Assembly (NCBI GenBank): GCA_037481815.1
Contig: JBBFKX010000002.1
Location: 96,001 to 160,000 of the forward strand
Length of the DNA: 64,000 bases
Reading direction: 5' to 3'
From: a candidate division WOR-3 bacterium
Lineage (GTDB): Bacteria; Hydrothermota; 32-111
Numbering within the stretch: position 1 is the stretch's first letter; the number at the start of each line of letters is the position of its first letter. Of the stretch, positions 29,756 through 39,168 are shown piece after piece. The notes under the pieces were generated by a model. It saw nothing but the letters and a program-made list of their open reading frames with translations. It searched no databases and was not told where the DNA came from. Both the position numbers and the translations under genes were made by a program.

Positions 29756-32271
29756 TCACCCTGCAAGACCTTGAATTCAACCCTTCTGTTTTTCTGATAA
29801 TCATCTTCGTTCTTCTCAGGGAACACAAGAGGTTTATCCTCTCCAAAACCTATTGCTATTATCCTCTTAGGATCAATCTTATGAACACTTATCAAATAGT
29901 TCCTTACAGATTCTGCTCTTGCCTGTGAAAGTTTTTTGTTGTATGAGTTTGAACCTCTTGAATCTGTATGTCCACTGATCTCAACCTTAATAGATGGGTT
30001 CTCTTTCATTATCAAAGCGAGTGAATCACAAACAGGATACGATTCAGGTCTTAAGGTTGCTTTGTTAAGATCAAAGAGAATATTGTTGAACACAAACACC
30101 ATCTTCTCTTTCAAAAGCCCAACCTCAAGTGTTGAAAGAACTCCACCTTTTATCTCAATATTGAATTTGTCCTGCTTGATATATTTTGGTGGTATCGGAT
30201 CTATCTTAATATTATAGAACCCTTTCTTGATCGCCTTTGAGGTGTCCATACCGATATCACCTGTCGTAAACGAATCAACAATGGTTTTCATATCGAGTGT
30301 AAAGATTTTAATAGATGAGTTAACAGGTTCAAGTGTTGTTGCATTGAAAGTTTTTACAACAAGTTTTCCATGAGTCGGGAACATTTCAACGATCTGTTTA
30401 TAGTCCTTTCCTCTTTCAACATCTATTGTAAAAACAACATCATCTCTGCCTGTTGATTTGACGGTTACAGCATGAGTTCCCTCATCAAGTCGTTTTGTTA
30501 CGATTCCAAGTGTATCAGTATATAGTGTATCGTTATCAGTAAAAATCACCTGAGCATTCTCTATGGGTTTTTTCGTGATTCCACTTATAACCTCAACCAC
30601 AAGAGTTCCCATCGATGGATTCATCTTATATATCCTGTTAACCTTTCCATTCGCTTTTAAAAAGAAAGAATCGATGATCGTATCATATTTATCCGCTGTT
30701 ACTAAAACTTTCAGATTTGTTTTCGGGAAATATTGTCTAAATTTACCAAGAGAATCAGAATAGAATGTATCCTTCTTGTTCATCGGGTTATCCCTGATAA
30801 CCTCGATTTTTGCGATAAGAGGTTTTTCTGTCATAGAATCTATTATCGTTCCAGAAAAAACTGAGATTATGTTTGAATGTGCTGCTGCATTCATGTTAAG
30901 ATGCGCACCTTTTGTGTAATATATCAAACCATGATCCTGAGATATTGAAAGATCTGATGTAAAGTTACCGAAGTTGAAACCGAGTCCTGCATTGAATCTG
31001 AATGTCTCCCTTCCACCCAGAGTTACCATACTTTCAAGTAAAAGAAAATGGAATGCTGTATACTGCATACCTAAACTAACTTTTGGTCTTTTCGTTGAGA
31101 ATGATGTTTCTTTAAATCCCTGGGTGTATCTTGCAAAAATGTTGAACGGCTGGTATCTTGCAGAATATGAAACACCAACATTTATCTGTGGTTCAAGAAA
31201 AGTTGTCAGATCACTTCCGTTATAAACGAGAGAATCACCAAGAAGTGAACTGATTATTGAATCCGACTTCTCGTCATCAGGAATAGTTGAGTCAGAATTT
31301 ATCGTCGTTATAACTCTATGGAGGTTTATCACATTCAAAGAGTCAGTTGCCATAAAGAAAGTGTATCTTCTTGCTCCATATTTCCAGAATATTCTTGATA
31401 TAAGATGTTCCCAGGAAAATTCAACCATCCATCTATCATCGATGTTACAGGAAACTCCACCTGTTACATCAAAACCGTGGCCTGGAAGATTTGAAAAACC
31501 TGGAGTTATATTGTCAACAAAGTTTGAAAAATTATCAAAATCTGTGAGTTGTCCTGTTGAAAAAGGTATCGCATAATCTAGGTTCATCCTTGTGACAACT
31601 CTTAAAAAACTTGAATCTGACTGGAAATAGAATGAGTCAGCGTAAAGGTTAAAATAGGAAACTCCAGCAAGGTAAGATAGAGAAAGACCGAAATTCAATC
31701 TTCCGTTATTTTCAAGATCAACCCCTCCACCAACACCAAATCCAAACTGACCAAAAATTTGAGTTTCAAATTTCAAATCTCTGAAATCATAAGTTGAATC
31801 GAACTGGTTTCCATAAAGCATTATATCAAAAAAAGCATCCGGGATCTGTAAAGAAGAACCCTGTTTAACATCAAACCCAAAACCAAAAAGTCCTATCTTG
31901 AAACCGAACAAAGGAAGTCCCATCCTCAGATATTCGTCAAGTAAAAAGTAAGGGCCTATATAATGTAGAATCGCCTGTTTCTTCTCTTCATTTATGGTAT
32001 CAACTGGAAAAGAATCGATCGGTGCAGTTGCTGAGTTGTTGAAAAGGTATGCAAGAAAAGAATATGATATGAGGTTGTTTGTCAGACCTGTGTTCAACCT
32101 TAAAAGTTCCCATGAATACCAGGGAGTATCGGTTCTTCCTAAAAATGAAGGGTTGTAGAAAAGAGATGTATATCCTGTGTTCAAAGGTGAATTCATATAC
32201 CTGTAGTCATAATCAGCAAAAATGTATGTTACCGACAAAAGTATGATGAAAATTAAAAATAGTTTCTTCAT
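29752..32271 (-). CDS. Outer-membrane protein: N-terminal beta-barrel-like region, beta-sandwich repeats, C-terminal OmpA peptidoglycan-binding domain
   Basis: NILFD..KATL, ISGHTDSRGS..YN..LSQ.RA, NRRVEF; signal peptide from ATG 32271. Confidence 0.85.
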   Translation of the reverse strand: MKKLFLIFIILLSVTYIFADYDYRYMNSPLNTGYTSLFYNPSFLGRTDTPWYSWELLRLNTGLTNNLISYSFLAYLFNNSATAPIDSFPVDTINEEKKQAILHYIGPYFLLDEYLRMGLPLFGFKIGLFGFGFDVKQGSSLQIPDAFFDIMLYGNQFDSTYDFRDLKFETQIFGQFGFGVGGGVDLENNGRLNFGLSLSYLAGVSYFNLYADSFYFQSDSSFLRVVTRMNLDYAIPFSTGQLTDFDNFSNFVDNITPGFSNLPGHGFDVTGGVSCNIDDRWMVEFSWEHLISRIFWKYGARRYTFFMATDSLNVINLHRVITTINSDSTIPDDEKSDSIISSLLGDSLVYNGSDLTTFLEPQINVGVSYSARYQPFNIFARYTQGFKETSFSTKRPKVSLGMQYTAFHFLLLESMVTLGGRETFRFNAGLGFNFGNFTSDLSISQDHGLIYYTKGAHLNMNAAAHSNIISVFSGTIIDSMTEKPLIAKIEVIRDNPMNKKDTFYSDSLGKFRQYFPKTNLKVLVTADKYDTIIDSFFLKANGKVNRIYKMNPSMGTLVVEVISGITKKPIENAQVIFTDNDTLYTDTLGIVTKRLDEGTHAVTVKSTGRDDVVFTIDVERGKDYKQIVEMFPTHGKLVVKTFNATTLEPVNSSIKIFTLDMKTIVDSFTTGDIGMDTSKAIKKGFYNIKIDPIPPKYIKQDKFNIEIKGGVLSTLEVGLLKEKMVFVFNNILFDLNKATLRPESYPVCDSLALIMKENPSIKVEISGHTDSRGSNSYNKKLSQARAESVRNYLISVHKIDPKRIIAIGFGEDKPLVFPEKNEDDYQKNRRVEFKVLQGE

Positions 32272-32272
32272 T

Positions 32273-33331
32273 TTATTCTCCATCGTTTGGCAGGAAGTAT
32301 GGATCAAAATCCATATTCATCTGTAAAGCACCTTTAACCCTTATAAAATCTGCAGGAGTAACAAAAACATCGATATCTGTTGGTGCCGGGATTTCAAATC
32401 TCCCTTTGAATTTGAATGTCGAATATCTGAACAAACTATCAAGTTCATGTGTTATATCGATGTTAAGATTACTGTAAACACCAGTGCCAGTTGCTCTTCC
32501 AATGCTGTCTTTTGGTGTTTGAGAAAGCAAAAATGTATCTGAAAAAACAATGTTTCCAACCGAATCGTATAACAAAAGAATAAAATTTGAACTTATCGGC
32601 AATCTATTCCATATATCAAGGTTCAATCTGACCCAGTTTATCATATTCAAAGGTGATGACTCTGGTGGTGCAAAAGGCAATGTCTGTTCTTTCACAACAG
32701 TCATAACTCTATCTCCTGTAAGTTTTGCCTGAAATGCGATCATTGAATATGCTTCAAGAGAATCAACAAAAGTTTGTCCTGAATCTATCTGAACTTCTAT
32801 CTCATGATAATAATCACCTATCGGGAAATCATCCACTGAATAGGTATACAAAGTATCAAGAAAACTGCTCTGGTTGAAAAATACCTCAACTGTATCAAGA
32901 TATATGAGTCGTCCACTAGAATACATTCTGTGTATAACCCTTCCACCTGTTGTAAATGGAACTTTTCCCCAGAATCTCACAAAGTTATGGACTTTGTTTA
33001 TCGTTGAAGTGAAATATGTGGAATCCCTTGAAGTATCTATCCATTCCTCAGGCAACAATTCCTCAATATTTATACTAATTTTGATAGTATCGCTTTTACC
33101 GTTTAGATGTGCCGCATTGATCCATTTCTCTCTCTGGGTATATCCAAAAACAGTATCTCCTTTTACAGATATTCTTTCTGGGTGGTCAAGAGCAACCTCA
33201 AGAACCGTCATCAAAGTATCGCCAATAGGAAGAGAGTAAGTTAAATTTTCAACAACTGGCGGCTTTTTGGGAAGTGGAATTGAACAGGAAATAAAAAGAA
33301 GTATTAAAAAACAAAAGAATATTTTTTTCAT
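32273..33331 (-). CDS. Hypothetical lipoprotein
   Basis: MKKIFF...FISC lipobox from ATG 33331 after GGAGG. Confidence 0.7.
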   Translation of the reverse strand: MKKIFFCFLILLFISCSIPLPKKPPVVENLTYSLPIGDTLMTVLEVALDHPERISVKGDTVFGYTQREKWINAAHLNGKSDTIKISINIEELLPEEWIDTSRDSTYFTSTINKVHNFVRFWGKVPFTTGGRVIHRMYSSGRLIYLDTVEVFFNQSSFLDTLYTYSVDDFPIGDYYHEIEVQIDSGQTFVDSLEAYSMIAFQAKLTGDRVMTVVKEQTLPFAPPESSPLNMINWVRLNLDIWNRLPISSNFILLLYDSVGNIVFSDTFLLSQTPKDSIGRATGTGVYSNLNIDITHELDSLFRYSTFKFKGRFEIPAPTDIDVFVTPADFIRVKGALQMNMDFDPYFLPNDGE

Positions 33332-33353
33332 TTTACCTCCATATATTTTAATT

Positions 33354-33382
33354 ATTTTATTCTCTTTTATAAAATCAGTCAA
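33354..33382 (-). promoter_or_regulatory. sigma70-type promoter for the lipoprotein-OmpA pair
   Basis: Minus strand TTGACT, 17 nt, TAAAAT. Confidence 0.6.
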
Positions 33383-33391
33383 TAAAAAGAA

Positions 33392-34201
33392 TCAATCCCT
33401 TCTTTCAAATAAAACAACTGTATAATCTATTATGAAATTTAAAAGTTTGAAGACCAGATAGAAAGAAAATGAAAATGTAACAATTTCAAAGAAAGAGAAA
33501 GGATAAAAAAGTGTGACTTTCCTTAAAAGTATGCCTGAAAATGAACAGATAAGAAAAGATATTAAAATATCATAGTAAAGATATTCTGCACCCTTTTTTA
33601 TCGAATAGATTATCCTTGGAATTATCATAAAAGGTAAACATAGAAAAAAATATCCATGCATATATGAGAATATAAAAAGAAAGATCTTTTCAATCTCTTC
33701 AATATAGTAATAATATTTGTCTTTTACAATTTTAATTCTCAAAATTTCATAAAAACTTCTGATAAGATATTTCAAAAAATAAAGGATGAAAATAAGACCG
33801 ATCAAAAGATAAATTACTTTAAAAACAAAATCGTTTCTATACTTTTGGAGAATAAAAAAATTAGACAGTGTTGAAAAAAGCAATATAACAAAAAAATGGA
33901 ACAACTGATCGAGGATAAAATTTATTCCATTATCAAAGTTATTTTTACTTTTCAAAAGGTCAATAAAAAAATGTGAAAACAACGTGAGAAAAGAAAATAG
34001 TGCAGAAAAAAATAAATTTTTTGAAAACAAAAAAAGTGAAACAAAGGTTGGTAAAAATACAAAAAAAGAGTGTAAAAATAAACCTTTGTTACTCTTCAAT
34101 TTAAGACGGAATATTTGATCAGTTTGAAAAATAAAGTCACCTAAAAGGTGACTGATTAACAGAATTATAATTATATCAACATCAGGAATAAAACTATTCA
34201 T
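33392..34201 (-). CDS. DUF3307 family membrane protein
   Basis: HLLGDFIFQ, LFLH, SHFFID..K, DQLFH. Confidence 0.8.
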   Translation of the reverse strand: MNSFIPDVDIIIILLISHLLGDFIFQTDQIFRLKLKSNKGLFLHSFFVFLPTFVSLFLFSKNLFFSALFSFLTLFSHFFIDLLKSKNNFDNGINFILDQLFHFFVILLFSTLSNFFILQKYRNDFVFKVIYLLIGLIFILYFLKYLIRSFYEILRIKIVKDKYYYYIEEIEKIFLFIFSYMHGYFFLCLPFMIIPRIIYSIKKGAEYLYYDILISFLICSFSGILLRKVTLFYPFSFFEIVTFSFSFYLVFKLLNFIIDYTVVLFERRD

Positions 34202-34640
34202 CCTTTACAACCGAAAGGTTCAATACTCCTATAACCTCCGGATGTAATTTGATGTTCACAGTATAATCACCCAACTTCTTTATCGGTTCATCAAGCAAAA
34301 CAGCATGTTCATCTATTTTGATCCCTTTTGCTTCCAATTCTTCAGAGATCAATTTTCTGGAAACCGAACCATAGAGTGTATCATCATCGTGAACCTTCTG
34401 TTTTATGGTTAAAGTTATCGATGAAAGTTTTTCTTTCGCTTGAAGTGCTATCTCTTTATTTTTCAATTCTTTCTGTTCATATTTTATCTTTTCCTGTTGA
34501 AACCTTTTCAGATTGTTTTCAGAATACTCATAAGCGAGTTTGTTTGGGATCAAATAGTTTCTTGCAAAACCATCTTTGACATTTACAACATCACCTCGTT
34601 TACCAAGATTTTCAACATTTTCTCTTAAAATTACTTTCAT
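34194..34640 (-). CDS. rplI: 50S ribosomal protein L9
   Basis: MKVILRE.VENLGKRGDVVNVKDGFARNYLIP. Confidence 0.98.
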   Translation of the reverse strand: MKVILRENVENLGKRGDVVNVKDGFARNYLIPNKLAYEYSENNLKRFQQEKIKYEQKELKNKEIALQAKEKLSSITLTIKQKVHDDDTLYGSVSRKLISEELEAKGIKIDEHAVLLDEPIKKLGDYTVNIKLHPEVIGVLNLSVVKDE

Positions 34641-34649
34641 AGAGGACTC

Positions 34650-34919
34650 CTATCTCATATTTTCATCAACATATGGAAGAAGTGCCATCTGTCGTGCTGT
34701 TTTTATCGCTCTTGCAACTTCTTTTTGATGTTTTTCGCAAAGTCCGGTCGCTTTTCTTGGCATTATTTTTCCTCTTTCATTTATGAATTTCGATAAGAAC
34801 TGAATATTTTTATAATCTATTTTTTCTTTTCTGGTACAAAGTTTACAAACCTTTACCTTTTTTGCACCATTTCTCGAATCTGAAGAACCGTTGTTCTCTT
34901 TAGAATGGAATGGACTCAT
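34650..34919 (-). CDS. rpsR: 30S ribosomal protein S18 (zinc-binding C+ type)
   Basis: CKLC...IDYKN...ERGKI.PR..TGLC.KHQ; start ATG 34919 after GGAGG. Confidence 0.96.
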   Translation of the reverse strand: MSPFHSKENNGSSDSRNGAKKVKVCKLCTRKEKIDYKNIQFLSKFINERGKIMPRKATGLCEKHQKEVARAIKTARQMALLPYVDENMR

Positions 34920-35376
34920 CAGTACCTCCGTTTTCAATTTCTTCGATTTCATTAAAATCTTTTTCCACATCATCTATTATTTTATCATACGAAACATCAC
35001 TAACATCACTTTCAAGATCTGAAACTTCTCTTGATAAAAAGTAGATCTTTGTTGCTCTGATCTGAAACGAAACTTTTTTTTCATGAGTTCTTTTATCCTC
35101 ATAGTTGTTCGCTTCAAGAGATCCTTCAACTATCACAGGTGTTCCAGTTTTCAATCTCTTTTCAAGATTATCTTCAAATCTTGTAAAATATGAAACACTG
35201 ATAAAGAGTGGATTATCTTTCCATTCTCCACTTTTGTCTTTATACCTCCTTGACGAAGCAAGACGAAAACCGATTACACCGGTGTTGTCTGAAGTATACC
35301 TTTTTTCAGCATCCTTTGTGACTCTTCCGGCAATGATAATTCTATTTAGATTCGGAAGGTTTATCTTTTCACCCAT
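34900..35376 (-). CDS. ssb: Single-stranded DNA-binding protein
   Basis: NRIIIAGRVTKD, VEGSL, acidic tail ending IPF. Confidence 0.95.
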   Translation of the reverse strand: MGEKINLPNLNRIIIAGRVTKDAEKRYTSDNTGVIGFRLASSRRYKDKSGEWKDNPLFISVSYFTRFEDNLEKRLKTGTPVIVEGSLEANNYEDKRTHEKKVSFQIRATKIYFLSREVSDLESDVSDVSYDKIIDDVEKDFNEIEEIENGGTDESIPF

Positions 35377-35673
35377 TTATACCTTCACTTCATCATTCTT
35401 TTTTATCATGTATCTCCATATCGTTTCATCCAGTTTTATTTCTCTTCTGAGTTCCTCAACTTTCAATGGATCGAGGTTAAAGTTTATTAAAATGAAATGT
35501 CCCTGAGTGGTTTTGTTTATCTCATAGGTGAGTTTTTCAATACCCTTATCCTCTACACTTTCAACTTTACCTGCAAGTTCCTCAACCCATTTTTTAAAAC
35601 TGGAAATCCTTTCTTCAAGAACTTCCTGAGATAATGTAGGATCATAGATGATCAAAATTTCATAGTTAACCAA
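35377..35673 (-). CDS. rpsF: 30S ribosomal protein S6
   Basis: YEILII.DP...LTYEI.K...G; rpsF-ssb-rpsR synteny; TTG start after AGGAGG. Confidence 0.95.
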   Translation of the reverse strand: MVNYEILIIYDPTLSQEVLEERISSFKKWVEELAGKVESVEDKGIEKLTYEINKTTQGHFILINFNLDPLKVEELRREIKLDETIWRYMIKKNDEVKV

Positions 35674-35685
35674 AATTTCCTCCTG

Positions 35686-36242
35686 TTATTTTTCTTCTTT
35701 TTTGTTAATTATACTCATAGATCTTTCAAATCCATTTTCAACTATCGTATAAATATGTTCAATTCCTTTTTCTATAACTTTATTGTAATCCTCTTCTTTC
35801 ATTTTCCCTAAAACAAAATCTTTATCCTTTTTTTCTTCGACCTCTCCGATGCCAACTCTCAGTCTTGCAAAATTTTCGGTTCCAAGATGGTAAATTATGG
35901 ATTTTAATCCATTATGACCACCATCCGAACCTGATAACCTCAATCTAAAAGTGAAGAGTGGAATATTAAAATCATCAACGACTATAAGAAGATTGTTTAA
36001 ATCTATCTTATAATAGTTTAAAAACTCCACAACTGCTATTCCACTCTCATTCATATAAGTTGTTGGAACGATCAAAAATAAACCATCTTTCAAAGAACAT
36101 TCAGAAAAAAAAAGTGTCCTTTACCTGTTTTAAATTTCAAGTGCTCTTTTTTAGCAAAACCAATTATAATTTCTTTTCCAATATTATGTCTTGTCTTTTC
36201 ATAAACTTTATCAGGATTTCCAAGACCAACAAACGCAAACAT
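35686..36242 (-). CDS. pth: Peptidyl-tRNA hydrolase, frameshifted as given at a T9 tract (36105-36113)
   Basis: Frame 1 from ATG 36242 has VGLGNP..YEKTRHNIG and stops at 36090; frame 2 has PTTYMNESG, DD, GGHNGLKSI, RLRVGIG. Confidence 0.92.
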
Positions 36243-36251
36243 ACAACCTCA

Positions 36252-36935
36252 TCACTTCTTTTCTTTCTTCTCTTTTTCCTTCTCTTTTCCTTTTTCCTCT
36301 TCCTCTTCTTCATTCTCCTCTTTCTTTTCTCTGATGAGTTCGGGCTCTTTTGCTTCCTCTTCAGGTTTTGGTGTCTCTTCAACATACGCCTTTGGTGCAA
36401 GGATGGTCACAACAACCTCTTCAGGATTCTCAACGATTTCAAACTTTTCAGCTTTAATATCTTTCACATGTATTGAATCCCCTATTGCAAGTTCTGAAAT
36501 ATCAAGTTCAATATGTGATGGGATATCAGCAGGCAAACATTTGATTTCAAGATCCCTTAGAAGGTGCTCAACGATTCCACCCTCTTTAACTCCCTTTGCT
36601 GAACCTTTAAGAATGATGGGTACAGAGAGTTTCAATTTTTCAGATTTGTGAATTATCTGAAAATCGATATGTAAAATCTTGTTCGTCCTTGGACTTCTAA
36701 AAATCTCTTTTATGATAGCGAGAAAATTATCTTTTCCCATCTTAATATTTATAAGAGATTTCTCTCTTCCAATCGTGTGAAACATTTTATTCAACTCAAT
36801 TTCATCCACAGAGAACAACCTGTTCTCCTCTTTGTGTCCATATGCGACACATGGAATTTTATTATTTTTTCTTAACAGGGTAAGAACATGTTTACCCTTT
36901 TCTCTTTTTTCAACAGGTAAATCGTATTGAAGCAT
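36252..36935 (-). CDS. rplY: 50S ribosomal protein L25/Ctc
   Basis: IP.V.YG, HIDF, GVKEGG, charged tail; prs-rplY-pth synteny. Confidence 0.95.
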   Translation of the reverse strand: MLQYDLPVEKREKGKHVLTLLRKNNKIPCVAYGHKEENRLFSVDEIELNKMFHTIGREKSLINIKMGKDNFLAIIKEIFRSPRTNKILHIDFQIIHKSEKLKLSVPIILKGSAKGVKEGGIVEHLLRDLEIKCLPADIPSHIELDISELAIGDSIHVKDIKAEKFEIVENPEEVVVTILAPKAYVEETPKPEEEAKEPELIREKKEENEEEEEEKGKEKEKEKKEKK

Positions 36936-36943
36936 TTATCCTC

Positions 36944-37873
36944 CTAATCAAAAAGTGCACTGATAGATTCTTTATTATAAACTCTTTTTATAGCGTTTGC
37001 AAAAAGTTCTGCCATCGAAAGAACTTCTATCTTTTCAATCTTCTTTTCTTCTGGAATCACAACACTATCTGAAGTGTACAGTTTATCGATTGGCGAATTT
37101 TTAAGTTTCGCAATAGCATCTCCAGAAAGTAGAGGATGTGTCACACATGCTATTATCCTTTTAGCACCATTATACTTCAAAGCTTCCGCTGCTTTTGTGA
37201 TTGTCCCGGCAGTATCGATTATATCATCAACCATCAGAACATCTTTATCCTTAACCTCACCAACAACATGCATCACTTCAGATTGGTTTGGAGAACTTCT
37301 TCTTTTGTCTATAACAGCAATCGGTAGATTGTTCAATTTTTTTGCTATATTCCTGGCTCTGTTAACTCTTCCAGCATCAGGGGAAACCACAACAGTGTTG
37401 TCAAGTTTTTCATTCTTCAAAAGATGTTCGACAAAAACTGGTGCAGAATAAAGATGATCGACTGGAACATTGAAAAAGCCCTGTATCTGTTCAGCATGAA
37501 GTTCAAGAACCATGACTCTTGAAACACCAGCTGCTGTCAGAAGGTTTGCAACGACCCTTGAACTTATTGGAACCCTTGGAGCATCCTTTTTGTCCTGTCT
37601 TGCATATCCATAATACGGGATAACTGCTGTTATCATATCCGCTGATGCTCTTCTTAAAGAGTCGATAATAAAAATCAGTTCAAGAAGATTATCCGCTGGT
37701 GGATTTGTTGATTGAATAACAAATACATGACTTCCCCTCACAGATTCATTTATCTGAACCCTTATCTCACCGTCAGAAAATTTTGTAATAAGAGAATCAA
37801 CAAGTGGAATGTTCAACTTGTTTGATATCTCTTTTGCTATTTTAGCATTCGAATTTCCTGCTATAAGTTTCAT
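36944..37873 (-). CDS. prs: Ribose-phosphate pyrophosphokinase
   Basis: FSDGEI, PYYGYARQD, VSPDAG, VDDIIDTAGT. Confidence 0.98.
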   Translation of the reverse strand: MKLIAGNSNAKIAKEISNKLNIPLVDSLITKFSDGEIRVQINESVRGSHVFVIQSTNPPADNLLELIFIIDSLRRASADMITAVIPYYGYARQDKKDAPRVPISSRVVANLLTAAGVSRVMVLELHAEQIQGFFNVPVDHLYSAPVFVEHLLKNEKLDNTVVVSPDAGRVNRARNIAKKLNNLPIAVIDKRRSSPNQSEVMHVVGEVKDKDVLMVDDIIDTAGTITKAAEALKYNGAKRIIACVTHPLLSGDAIAKLKNSPIDKLYTSDSVVIPEEKKIEKIEVLSMAELFANAIKRVYNKESISALFD

Positions 37874-37891
37874 AATAAAACTCACATTTCT

Positions 37892-37964
37892 CTGGGGCGG
37901 TAGGATTCGAACCTACGAATGCGGGAACCAAAATCCCGTGGCTTGCCAGCTTGCCGACACCCCA
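37892..37964 (-). tRNA. tRNA-Gln(TTG), CCA not encoded
   Basis: TGGGGTG...CGGGA-TT-TTG-GT-TCCCG...GGTTCGAATCC...CGCCCCAG. Confidence 0.96.
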
Positions 37965-37996
37965 AAAAGTTCTAACTAAATTTTCTTTTTTAAAGT

Positions 37997-38257
37997 TTAC
38001 TTCTTACTCACTTCCTGCTGATATTTTTCAAGAACGACTTTTTCAATCTTCTGTCTCATCTCATTGTTGATAGGATGGGCTATATCTCTATATGTCCCAT
38101 CTTTAGCCCTTCTTGAAGGCATGGAAATGAAAAGACCTTTTTTCCCATCGATAATCTTTAAACCCCTGATAACAAATGCGTTGTCAAAAGTTACATTTGC
38201 AAATGCTTTCAATTTGGGTTCATCTCTTAATGTGATTCTTACTTCGGTAATTTCCAT
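37997..38257 (-). CDS. spoVG: Septation regulator SpoVG
   Basis: MEITEVRI...KAFA.VTFD..FVI...GLFISMPS...YRDIAHPIN. Confidence 0.96.
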   Translation of the reverse strand: MEITEVRITLRDEPKLKAFANVTFDNAFVIRGLKIIDGKKGLFISMPSRRAKDGTYRDIAHPINNEMRQKIEKVVLEKYQQEVSKK

Positions 38258-39168
38258 TCTTCCTCCTGAATTTTTGTTAGTAGTTCTTTTTTTATTCTAT
38301 TTCGAGTTATCGGGGTGGTAAAAAAAATCCTGTTCCCACCGAACTCTTTTTTTAGCGAATCAAAATGTCTTTCGTTTTCAAAGATCGCGAAAATAGATGA
38401 ACCACTTCCACTCATAAGCGAAAGTAGCGGCTCATATTTTGTTATCCTTTCTTTTACATCCTTCAACAAAGGATATTTTTCAAACACAACTCTTTCAAAA
38501 ATGTTATAAAAATATTTGAAAGAACTTTTCAAATTTTTATAATCAATTTTTGAATTTATAATATTATAAGATTTTCCATCATTTGTCAAGTATTTAGATA
38601 GAAGATAGTATGCCTCTTTTGTTGAAACATGTAGATTGGGAGAGATTATAAAAATTTTAAGATTTTCAATTTCTGGTATATCAAAGAATTCGAGTTTTTC
38701 ACCTATACCTCTTCCGATTGCACTCCCTCCTTCAACAAGAAAAGGGCAATCGGCCCCGACTTTTGATGAAAGTTGCCTAAGTTCTTCATTTTGAAATGGA
38801 TAATCATAGTAAAAATTTAAAAAATTCAGGATCGAAGAGCCATCTGCACTTCCACCACCAAGACCGGCACCTGATGGAATCATTTTGTTAACTTTAAAAT
38901 GGAAATCAACCCATTCTCTTTTAGATTTGTTTAAAAAGGCCTCTTTAAAAATTTGATACGATTTGTAAACGGTGTTGTTTTCTGGATCTATCTGGCAATC
39001 ATTGTTAAAAAATTCTATCCCAAAATTTTTACTTTCATAAACTTCGATGCTATCAAAAAGATCTATCGATTGAAAAATCGTGAGAATTTCATGAAAACCA
39101 TCCTCACGCTTGTTCAACACATCAAGAAAAAGGTTTATTTTACAGAAAGATTTTACAAGGTATCTCAT
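38239..39168 (-). CDS. ispE: 4-diphosphocytidyl-2-C-methyl-D-erythritol kinase
   Basis: KINLFL....REDGFHE, IP.GAGLGGGSAD, GADCPF, MSGSGS. Confidence 0.95.
   Translation of the reverse strand: MRYLVKSFCKINLFLDVLNKREDGFHEILTIFQSIDLFDSIEVYESKNFGIEFFNNDCQIDPENNTVYKSYQIFKEAFLNKSKREWVDFHFKVNKMIPSGAGLGGGSADGSSILNFLNFYYDYPFQNEELRQLSSKVGADCPFLVEGGSAIGRGIGEKLEFFDIPEIENLKIFIISPNLHVSTKEAYYLLSKYLTNDGKSYNIINSKIDYKNLKSSFKYFYNIFERVVFEKYPLLKDVKERITKYEPLLSLMSGSGSSIFAIFENERHFDSLKKEFGGNRIFFTTPITRNRIKKELLTKIQEEEWKLPK

Noticed and set aside
36164..36400. Very basic 78-aa ORF
   Set aside because: Alternative frame of the purine-rich E/K tail of rplY and the pth start
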